This document shows positions 1 to 6,252 of a DNA stretch of 32,192 bases, in pieces. The notes under the pieces are model-generated. The model saw only the letters and a list, made by a program, of their open reading frames with translations. It was not told the DNA's origin and searched no databases. The stretch covers positions 1 through 32,192 of the forward strand of contig JACCYP010000063.1 of the NCBI GenBank assembly GCA_013696425.1. The letters are read 5' to 3'. The stretch's first letter is position 1. Every line of letters starts with the position of its first letter. This DNA is from Thermoleophilaceae bacterium (GTDB lineage Bacteria > Actinomycetota > Thermoleophilia > Solirubrobacterales > Thermoleophilaceae). Both the position numbers and the translations under genes were made by a program.

Positions 1-522
1 GGCCATGACCTCGGCCTGCTCGGCGCGGTGCTCCGCGGAGTAGGCGAAGCCGGTGGCCACCAGCGTCGATGCGAGCGAGGCGGGTACGCGGACGTGCATC
101 GGTGCGCCGTCGAGCGTCGCCCCGCCGCCGCGCTGCGCGGCGAACAGCTCACCGCTCGGCGGGTGAAAGATCACCCCGGCGAGCCCGCCGCCGGCGTCCT
201 CGACGGCCACGCTCACACACCACAGCGGGTGCCCGTAGAGGAAGTTGACGGTGCCGTCGAGCGGGTCGACCACCCATCGCCGCCCCGACGAGCCCTCGAG
301 GCCGGCGCCCTCCTCGCCCAGCAGCCCGTCGTCGGGGCGCTCGCCGCGCAGCAGCTCCTCGAGCAGGGCCTCGGCGTCGCGATCGGCGTCCGAGACCGGA
401 TCCGTCGAGGTGGACTTCGACTCCACGCCGGAGGCCGGCCCGCGGAAGCGCTCAAGCAGCAGTGCCCCCGCCTCGCGTGCGGCGCGCTCGGCCAGCTCCA
501 GGTCAGACGACGAAGCGGACAA
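1..522 (-). CDS. Inositol monophosphatase (IMPase/SuhB/HisN-type) family protein, partial; C-terminus runs off the left edge
   Basis: My own minus-strand translation, in the frame ending at nt 1, gives SSDLELAERAAREAGALLLERFRG...SDADRDAEALLEELL...GRRWVVDPLDGTVNFLYGHPLWCVSVAVED...LVATGFAYSAEHRAEQAEVMA. WxxDPxDGTxNF is the IMPase metal-binding signature. The ORF is absent from the track because it has no stop inside the window. TTG at 522 is the only canonical start I see, so the start is uncertain. Confidence 0.8.
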   Translation of the reverse strand, partial: MSASSSDLELAERAAREAGALLLERFRGPASGVESKSTSTDPVSDADRDAEALLEELLRGERPDDGLLGEEGAGLEGSSGRRWVVDPLDGTVNFLYGHPLWCVSVAVEDAGGGLAGVIFHPPSGELFAAQRGGGATLDGAPMHVRVPASLASTLVATGFAYSAEHRAEQAEVMA

Positions 523-604
523 CCAGGACCACCACGACGAGCACGGCGAGCACGTAGAGGAGGAACCTGAACGCCTCCCCCTCGGACCGAACGGGGTTGA
601 TCAA
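503..604 (-). CDS. Candidate 33-aa single-pass hydrophobic micro-protein (MINPVRSEGEAFRFLLYVLAVLVVVVLVVRFVV) downstream of oxidase subunit III
   Basis: This is the tail of track ORF 503..1156. The only canonical start downstream of the ctaE stop is TTG at 604. About 31 of 33 codons end in G/C, matching genuine genes here. It has a charged N-terminus followed by one strongly hydrophobic helix. No obvious Shine-Dalgarno sequence. It overlaps the proposed IMPase TTG start by 20 nt. Confidence 0.3.
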   Translation of the reverse strand: MINPVRSEGEAFRFLLYVLAVLVVVVLVVRFVV

Positions 605-631
605 ATCAACATCTTGTCGCGAAATTTGCGA
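596..631. promoter_or_regulatory. AT-rich island with two adjacent palindromes: GTTGAT-caa-ATCAAC (596-610) and TCGCGAAATTTGCGA (617-631, one mismatch)
   Basis: Read directly from the sequence. It is one of the few AT-rich patches in the window. It sits between the ctaE stop (727) and the IMPase-family start (522). A TTTCGCGA half-site recurs at 719-726. Confidence 0.3.
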
Positions 632-726
632 GAACCAAGCTCCGCAAGGAAGCAGGGTCGAAGACTTGGTAGGCCAAGTCGAGACCCGATGACGCCGCGG
701 AGCGACGGTTCGCAGCCATTTCGCGA

Positions 727-1347
727 CTAGATGAGGTAGATCGTGGTGTACACGACGATCCACATCACGTCGACGAAGTGCCAGTAGATCCCGGGGATCT
801 CGACACCGCGGTGCTCCTTCTCGGTGAAGTGTCCGCGGAACGCGCGCGTGGTGGCGAAGAACAGCAGCGTGAGGCCGATGAAGACGTGCGCGCCGTGCAG
901 GCCGGTGAGGCCATAGAAGATCGAAGTCTGCGCGCTCTCGGAGATCGCGAAGCCGATCGACACGTACTCGTTGATCTGGATCGCGAGGAACGCGGTGCCG
1001 AGCATCAGCGTGGCGAGCAGGCCGATGCGCATCGCGCGGCGGTTGCCGTGCTTCGCGCCCTCCAGCCCCCAGTGCATCGTGAAGCTCGAGGAGAGCAGGA
1101 TCGCGGTGTTCACGCCCGCGACCGCCACCGGCAGCTCGTTGCCGTCGCCCGGCCACGGCTCGTTGTTCACGACCCGGGTGAAGAAATAGGCCGTGAAGAA
1201 CGCTCCGAAGAGCATGACCTCGGAGATGATGAAAAGGAGCATCCCGAGCATCTGCGCGTCCACGCGCGAGCTCTGGTTGGCCTCCGGCGGGCCGTGATGG
1301 TCGTGCGAGCCGGCGGCGTGGCCGGCGCTGATCGAGGCGCTCTCCAT
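727..1347 (-). CDS. ctaE: Cytochrome c oxidase subunit III (short, about 5-TM form)
   Basis: A 206-aa ORF containing ...MLGMLLFIISEVMLFGAFF...FYGLTGLHGAHVFIGL...GIYWHFVDVMWIVVY, typical Cox3 motifs. Its start shares one base with the upstream stop (TGATG). Confidence 0.93.
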   Translation of the reverse strand: MESASISAGHAAGSHDHHGPPEANQSSRVDAQMLGMLLFIISEVMLFGAFFTAYFFTRVVNNEPWPGDGNELPVAVAGVNTAILLSSSFTMHWGLEGAKHGNRRAMRIGLLATLMLGTAFLAIQINEYVSIGFAISESAQTSIFYGLTGLHGAHVFIGLTLLFFATTRAFRGHFTEKEHRGVEIPGIYWHFVDVMWIVVYTTIYLI

Positions 1348-2171
1348 CAGGCGTTCGCGTCCTGTGGCATCTCGGCAGCGCTCGTTTCGACGTGCTCGAC
1401 CGGTGCCCCGCTCGATGCCCGCACCCGCTCGATGAGGTTGTTGCGCAGCCAGCCGGAGCGCTCGCCCGAGAGGGTCGAGATCACGACCTCATCGACCATG
1501 TAGAACTGGAGCGCGTTCATGATCGCCGTGTAGGGATCGGGGTGGACCACCTGCCCGACCACCTCGAGCCCCTCTCCCTCGAGCAGCTTGAGCGTGTCCG
1601 CGAGGCGCTGGAAGGCGGGGTCGCTCGAATCGTCGCCCTGGGGGCAGATGAGCGTGAACCGGTGCGGCTTGTCCGCGGCCTTCTTCTCGAGCAGCTCGAT
1701 CAGCGGCCGCCCGCTCACGGTCTGGTTGGCGACCACGAGCGTGTTCGTCACGTCCCTGCGGTCGCGGTCGAGGTCGACCACCACGTGCTGGACCGGCAGG
1801 CCGGTCTCGTGCTTGATCCGGTCGACGAGGCCGCGGCGCAGCCAGCCTGAGCGGGTCTCCGGGTGGGTCGAGACGATGATTTCGTCCGGCTTGAACATCT
1901 CGCACGCATCCATCGTGGCCGAGTAGGGGTCGGGGTCCATGACCTCGCCCGTCGCCCGGATGCCCTCGTCCGCGAGCTGGGCGATGGTGAGTTTGAGCCG
2001 GTTCTCGGCCGCCTCGCGCACCGTGCCGTCGTAGATCACGTAGCCGTGCTTGGGCTGGTTCTGCGGGGCGACCACGAACGCCTCGACCTCGCCCTCGGAC
2101 TTGCGGCTCTTCACGGCGTCGATCAGCTGCTGGCCGCCGACGGTCTCGTTGGCTACGACGAGGACCTTCAT
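1347..2171 (-). CDS. Soluble tandem-repeat protein with two degenerate USP-like / adenine-nucleotide alpha-hydrolase-like domains, embedded in the oxidase operon
   Basis: These are the C-terminal 274 aa of track ORF 1347..4124, starting at ATG 2171 (MKVLVVANETVGG...). The ATG overlaps the ctaD stop (ATGA). Its own TGA shares a base with the ctaE ATG. There is a clear internal duplication (aa 1-135 versus 141-262). No TM segments. Fold assignment is by pattern only. Confidence 0.75.
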   Translation of the reverse strand: MKVLVVANETVGGQQLIDAVKSRKSEGEVEAFVVAPQNQPKHGYVIYDGTVREAAENRLKLTIAQLADEGIRATGEVMDPDPYSATMDACEMFKPDEIIVSTHPETRSGWLRRGLVDRIKHETGLPVQHVVVDLDRDRRDVTNTLVVANQTVSGRPLIELLEKKAADKPHRFTLICPQGDDSSDPAFQRLADTLKLLEGEGLEVVGQVVHPDPYTAIMNALQFYMVDEVVISTLSGERSGWLRNNLIERVRASSGAPVEHVETSAAEMPQDANA

Positions 2172-4051
2172 TCGGCCGCCACCGGCTCGCGCTTCTCCTC
2201 GGTGGCCTTGAAGATTGCATGCTGTGCGCCCGGGACGCCGTACTCGTAGGGACCGCCGACGACCGTCGGGATCTCGTCGAAGTTGAAGATCGGCGGCGGT
2301 GAGGAAACCTGCCACTCGATCGTGTGGGCGCGCCACGGGTTGGCGGCGGCCTTCGGGCCGTGCCGCCACGAGGAGATCATGTTGTAGAGGAAGATGAAGA
2401 AGCTCATGCCGAAGATGAAGCTCGACACGCTGATGAGCGCGTTCAGCGTCGCGAACTCCTCGGCGTAGTCGGCCACGCGGCGCGGCATGCCGTCGACGCC
2501 CACGAGGTGCATGGGGCCGAAGGTGAGGTTGAAGAAGATGAACGACAGCCAGAAGTGGATGCGCCCGAGCGTCTCGTCGTACATCCGGCCCGTCATCTTC
2601 GGGAACCAGTGGTAGATGCCGGCGAAGATCGTGAACACCGACCCGCCGAACAGCACGTAGTGGATGTGGGCCACAACGAAGTAGGTGTCCGACACGTAGA
2701 TGTCCACGGGGATGACGGCGAGCACGATGCCGCTGATCCCGCCGAGGGTGAACATCGTGATGAAGCCGAGCGCGAACAGCATCGGCGTTGTCATGTGGAT
2801 GACGCCCTTCCAGAGCGTCGCGATCCAAGAGAAGATCTTGATGCCGGTCGGGACGGCGATCAGCATCGTCGTGATCATCATCGGGACGCGCAGCCAGCTG
2901 AACATGCCGGACACGAACATGTGGTGCGCCCAGACGGTGAATCCGAGCACCACGATCGCCATCAGTGAGAAGGCCATCATCCGGTAGCCGAAGACCGGTT
3001 TTCGGGCGTGCGTCGATATGACCTCGCTGATGATCCCGAAGCCCGGCAGCATCATGATGTAGACCGCCGGGTGGGAGTAGAACCAGAAGACGTGCTGGTA
3101 CATGAGCACGTCGCCGCCGGCCGCGGCGTTGAAGAAGTCCGTGCCGAGCGCGCGGTCGAAGAGGACGAAGAACTGCGAGCCGGCGATGAAGGGCGTCGCG
3201 ATCACGACGAGCAGCGAGGTCGTGAAGTTCGCCCACACGAGCAGCGGCATGCGCCAGAAGGTCATTCCGGGCGCGCGCATCGTGATGATCGTGACCAGGA
3301 AGTTGAGCGCGGTCGCGATCGAGGAGGCGCCCGCGAACTGGACGCCGATCGTGAAAAAGGTCTGCCCTAGCGGGGTCTCCGTCGAGAGTGGTGCGTAGGC
3401 GGTCCAGCCCGTCGCGAAGGAGCCGCCGGGGGCGAAGAAGCTCGCCACCATCATGATCCCGGCCGTCGGCAGCATCCAGAAGGACAGCGCGTTCAGGCGC
3501 GGGAAGGCCATGTCCGGCGCGCCGATCATGAGCGGCAGCACGTAGTTCGCGATCCCGGCGAACACCGGGATGATGAACAGGAAGATCATCAGCGAGGCGT
3601 GGACCGAGAACAGCCCGTTGAAGGTGTTCGGGTCGACGATCTGCGAGCCCGGCGCGGCGAGCTCCGCGCGCATGACCATCGCCATCAGCCCGCCGAGCAC
3701 GAAGAAGACGAACGTCGTGCAGATGTACTGGATGCCGATGACCTTGTGGTCGGTGTTGACCTTGAAGTAGTCCTTCCACGTGTGCGCGCCGTGGCTGGAG
3801 TGGTCCTCCTCGCGCGTCGGCTTGCCCGCCGCCCAGTAGAACCAGTAGTCGAAGCAGCCGATGCCGACCAGGAACGCGAGCGGAGTCGAGATGAGCGCGA
3901 CGGTGGTGATCGCGTCGCCGTCGAAGAGCGGGTCGTAGCCGTAGAGGGCGCGGACCCCGACGGTGAGCCCCAAGCCGAACAGGATGCCGAGCGGAATCGA
4001 CAGCGCGGCGCGGTACCAACCCGGTCCCTTGAACTTGGCGGCGAGCGTCAT
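2168..4051 (-). CDS. ctaD: Cytochrome c oxidase subunit I, A2-type (YSHPAV motif), with about 65 extra N-terminal residues forming two additional predicted TM helices
   Basis: A 627-aa ORF. It contains NTDHKVIGIQY, WFYSHPAVYIMMLPGFG (nt 3062-3079 encode YSHPAV, verified by hand), WAHHMF and VVAHIHYVLFGG. High GC3 persists through the N-terminal extension. Confidence 0.95.
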   Translation of the reverse strand: MTLAAKFKGPGWYRAALSIPLGILFGLGLTVGVRALYGYDPLFDGDAITTVALISTPLAFLVGIGCFDYWFYWAAGKPTREEDHSSHGAHTWKDYFKVNTDHKVIGIQYICTTFVFFVLGGLMAMVMRAELAAPGSQIVDPNTFNGLFSVHASLMIFLFIIPVFAGIANYVLPLMIGAPDMAFPRLNALSFWMLPTAGIMMVASFFAPGGSFATGWTAYAPLSTETPLGQTFFTIGVQFAGASSIATALNFLVTIITMRAPGMTFWRMPLLVWANFTTSLLVVIATPFIAGSQFFVLFDRALGTDFFNAAAGGDVLMYQHVFWFYSHPAVYIMMLPGFGIISEVISTHARKPVFGYRMMAFSLMAIVVLGFTVWAHHMFVSGMFSWLRVPMMITTMLIAVPTGIKIFSWIATLWKGVIHMTTPMLFALGFITMFTLGGISGIVLAVIPVDIYVSDTYFVVAHIHYVLFGGSVFTIFAGIYHWFPKMTGRMYDETLGRIHFWLSFIFFNLTFGPMHLVGVDGMPRRVADYAEEFATLNALISVSSFIFGMSFFIFLYNMISSWRHGPKAAANPWRAHTIEWQVSSPPPIFNFDEIPTVVGGPYEYGVPGAQHAIFKATEEKREPVAAE

Positions 4052-4141
4052 CGGCGGCGAATCCTAGACCCCGGGGGTCGTGGCAGACGGCGGCCGCGAG
4101 CTCGACCACAATTTCGCCGCCCATTGGTCGAATCCATCGGC

Positions 4142-4888
4142 CTAGCCTTCCTCGGCGGCCTTCGCGGCCGTCTTCGAGAGCCAGGCGTCGTACTCCTCGG
4201 GAGCCACGACCCTCACGCTCCCGCGCATGGTCGAATGGCCCAGCCCGCAGAGCTCGGCGCAGAGCACGTCGTAGCTGCCCTTTTCCGACGGTGTGGCACG
4301 CCAGTGCGTGGTGATGCCGGGCACGGCGTCGATCTTCAGGCGGAAGGCGGGGATCCAGAAGTCGTGGATCACATCATCCGTGTTGATGTTGAACTCGACC
4401 TGGCGGCCCGTGGGCACGACGAGGTCGTAGCTCTTGACCTTCTCCTTGCCGCCGGTGGGGTTCGGATATTCGTAGCGCCAGATGAATTGCTGGCCGCGCA
4501 CCTCCACCTGCAGCCGGTCGGGCTTCTTGGCCTCGATGTCGTCGAGCACGATCCAGCCGTAGACGGCGAGCACGGACACGATCACGAACGGGACCGCGAC
4601 CCACACGACCTCGAGCATCGTGTTGCCGTGGATCGGCTCGCCGTCGCCCATGTCGCCAGGCCTGGCCTTGAACGCGCGCACGCAGTAGATGACCACGACC
4701 ATCACGAGCACGAAGATCGGGACCGAGACGATCAGCAGGACGTCCCACAGGGTGTCGATGTCCTTGGCCTCCTGGACCGCGGCCGGGGGGAACCAGTCGA
4801 TCCACAAAGCGGCCACCACGCCGATCACCGAGGCGATCAGGCCGTAGATGGCCATCCGCAGGAGGGGGTGAGACACGCGAGAACGCAT
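4142..4888 (-). CDS. ctaC: Cytochrome c oxidase subunit II (CuA type, no fused cytochrome c domain)
   Basis: A 248-aa ORF with two N-terminal TM helices and the CuA motif DVIHDFWIP...CAELCGLGHSTM. No CxxCH. The start could also be the internal Met at residue 12. Confidence 0.93.
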   Translation of the reverse strand: MRSRVSHPLLRMAIYGLIASVIGVVAALWIDWFPPAAVQEAKDIDTLWDVLLIVSVPIFVLVMVVVIYCVRAFKARPGDMGDGEPIHGNTMLEVVWVAVPFVIVSVLAVYGWIVLDDIEAKKPDRLQVEVRGQQFIWRYEYPNPTGGKEKVKSYDLVVPTGRQVEFNINTDDVIHDFWIPAFRLKIDAVPGITTHWRATPSEKGSYDVLCAELCGLGHSTMRGSVRVVAPEEYDAWLSKTAAKAAEEG

Positions 4889-4963
4889 TGCCGGGCGGCA
4901 GCTTATCCCCCCTTCCGGCGAAGCGCTGCGCCAGGATTACGGTTGGCTCGGGCCGGGTGCGCG

Positions 4964-5326
4964 CTAAGCGGCCATCTCGGCACCCGCGTTGCCCCGGAAG
5001 CGGGACGGGGGAGTGCCGTGATGGCGGCGGAATGCCTTGGCGAACTGGGCCGGCTGCCTGTAGCCGACGCTCTGTGCGACGTCCCTCACGGGCGTCGTTT
5101 CCGACTGGAGCATCTCGGCCGCCTTGCGCATGCGCACACGCGCGAGGTGCGTGCGGAAGGAGGTCCCGCCGATCTCGTTGAAAACCCTTTGCAGCTGACG
5201 CCGGGAGGTCGCGACCCTTCGCGCGAGCCGGTCCAGGTCCAGATCCTGGGCGTACTCGTTCTCGATGATTGCAACCGCCTCGTCGAACAGAGCCCTGCGC
5301 CTGTGGATCGTCGTAGGTCGGTTCAT
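4964..5326 (-). CDS. AraC-family HTH transcriptional regulator, DNA-binding domain only (about 120 aa)
   Basis: Contains LDLDRLARRVATSRRQLQRVFNE...FRTHLARVRMRKAAEMLQ...VRDVAQSVGYRQPAQFAKAFRRHHGTPPSRFR, a double HTH of AraC type. I chose ATG 5326 rather than track start 5365 because the 13 upstream codons are AT-rich at the third position and look non-coding. Confidence 0.8.
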   Translation of the reverse strand: MNRPTTIHRRRALFDEAVAIIENEYAQDLDLDRLARRVATSRRQLQRVFNEIGGTSFRTHLARVRMRKAAEMLQSETTPVRDVAQSVGYRQPAQFAKAFRRHHGTPPSRFRGNAGAEMAA

Positions 5327-5410
5327 TAAAGGCTTATACGAGGCAACCCGGTAAACGGATGTCATGGGTTAGGGTTGAGCCGATCGGCACTAACTACCGA
5401 GAGGAGCAGG

Positions 5411-5827
5411 ATGCGGGTTAGCGAGGGCATGACGGCGACGGTCCTGAGTGTCGGACCGGGCCACTCCCTGCGCGACGCCGCCCGCCTGATGGCCGAGAAG
5501 CGCGTGGGCGCGGCGGTCGTGACCGATCCCGAGCAGCCCGGCCCGGGCATCATCACCGAGCGCGACGTGCTGAATTCGCTCGGCAAGGGCGAGGATCCCG
5601 ACCAGGAGCGGGTCGGCGATCACCTCTCGGGGACGCTCACGCTCGCATCGCCCGACTGGTCGCTCGAGCGCGCCGCCGAGGTGATGGTGCAGCGCGGCTT
5701 CCGCCACCTCGTGGTCGTGAACGGCGCCGACACGGTCGGCGTGCTCTCCATGCGCGACATCGTGCGCTGCTGGATCGGCGACGGCGCGACGTCGGACATG
5801 CCGCGGGAGCTGCCCGGGGCGGGTTGA
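5411..5827 (+). CDS. Stand-alone CBS-pair domain protein
   Basis: Contains MRVSEGMTATVLSVGPGHSLRDAARLMAEKRVGAAVVTD...GIITERDVL...AAEVMVQRGFRHLVVVNGADTVGVLSMRDIVRCW, two CBS motifs. GAGGAG lies 4 nt upstream of ATG 5411. Confidence 0.85.
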   Translation: MRVSEGMTATVLSVGPGHSLRDAARLMAEKRVGAAVVTDPEQPGPGIITERDVLNSLGKGEDPDQERVGDHLSGTLTLASPDWSLERAAEVMVQRGFRHLVVVNGADTVGVLSMRDIVRCWIGDGATSDMPRELPGAG

Positions 5828-5885
5828 GGCTCGCGCCCGCGCCGCGTCCCTGTCGCTGGCGCGTCCGCGAAGCGGCGAGCAGCGG

Positions 5886-6128
5886 CTAGTGGTGCTCCAG
5901 CGGCAAATCCGAGATGTCGTTGCGGACATCGCGGATCCACTTGGCCAGCACGTAGAGCAGGAGCAGGATTCCGAAGCCGCAGATGATCCAGCTCTTCACG
6001 ACGCCGAAGAGGATGACCGTGACGGCGAAGGCCACGAGGATCGGCTGGAAGCTCGGGTCGGGTAGGTGAACCGTTTCCGAGGGCGGGGCCAGCGGCCCGC
6101 CTGCGCCCTGTATCTCCTCGTCGGCCAT
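5886..6128 (-). CDS. 80-aa two-TM membrane protein, possible oxidase subunit IV-like small subunit
   Basis: These are the last 80 aa of track ORF 5886..6998: MADEEIQGAGGPLAPPSETVHLPDPSFQPILVAFAVTVILFGVVKSWIICGFGILLLLYVLAKWIRDVRNDISDLPLEHH. High GC3. The LPxPSxxPI motif followed by two TM helices is reminiscent of actinobacterial CtaF-type proteins (from recall, not searched). Confidence 0.6.
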   Translation of the reverse strand: MADEEIQGAGGPLAPPSETVHLPDPSFQPILVAFAVTVILFGVVKSWIICGFGILLLLYVLAKWIRDVRNDISDLPLEHH

Positions 6129-6232
6129 CAGTAGACGGATGCGACGAAGAAGGCCGCGCCGAACACCACGAGCGAGATCGCACCGGCGATGAGGCCGGTG
6201 CGCAGGTTGCGGATTGCGAGGCGTCGGTCCAC
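6128..6232 (-). CDS. 34-aa single-TM micro-protein (VDRRLAIRNLRTGLIAGAISLVVFGAAFFVASVY), translationally coupled to the 80-aa membrane protein
   Basis: This is track ORF 6128..6331 trimmed to GTG 6232, because the upstream part is Arg-rich and overlaps glk on the opposite strand. About 30 of 34 codons end in G/C. Its stop shares a base with the downstream ATG (TGATG). Confidence 0.45.
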   Translation of the reverse strand: MDRRLAIRNLRTGLIAGAISLVVFGAAFFVASVY

Positions 6233-6252
6233 GGAAGCGATCTTGTAGCAGA

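Noticed and set aside
28-570. A plus-strand 180-aa ORF, plus many other long alternate-frame or antisense ORFs in the track. Examples: 778-1503, 3599-5329, 6653-8725, 9881-11398, 13079-14710, 14722-15855, 16103-17224, 17405-18418, 18721-19791, 23194-24717, 26944-28914, 29104-30477 and 30161-31405.
   Set aside because: Their translations are dominated by Arg, Pro, Ala, Gly and His with no recognisable motifs. Each lies opposite or out of frame with a gene that has clear family signatures. This is a typical artefact of stop-codon-poor high-G+C DNA.
596-610. An FNR/CRP box interpretation of GTTGATCAAATCAAC.
   Set aside because: The half-sites match TTGAT/ATCAA, but the spacer is one base shorter than the canonical TTGAT-N4-ATCAA and than the CRP N6 layout. 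It is kept only as a generic palindrome. It also did not match the Rex, LexA, IdeR, Zur or NrdR consensus sequences as I recall them.
1347-4124. A 925-aa track ORF spanning the whole ctaD region in another frame.
   Set aside because: Only its last 274 aa (from ATG 2171) look like a protein. The upstream 650 aa are Arg/Pro/Ala/His-rich off-frame translation of the genuine subunit I gene at 2168-4051.
4103-4136. A stem-loop CGACCA...TGGTCG and a GGTCGAATCC string resembling a tRNA T-arm, between the subunit II and subunit I genes.
   Set aside because: The stem is only 6 bp with a 16-nt loop. The T-loop-like string is one base short, and no acceptor, D or anticodon arms can be drawn. It is neither a tRNA nor a convincing attenuator.
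4142-4888. The possibility that either subunit II is a caa3-type protein with a fused cytochrome c domain, or a quinol oxidase subunit.
   Set aside because: Neither protein contains CxxCH. Both retain the full CuA ligand set (H...C-x-E-x-C-x3-H-x2-M). They are therefore called plain CuA cytochrome c oxidase subunits.
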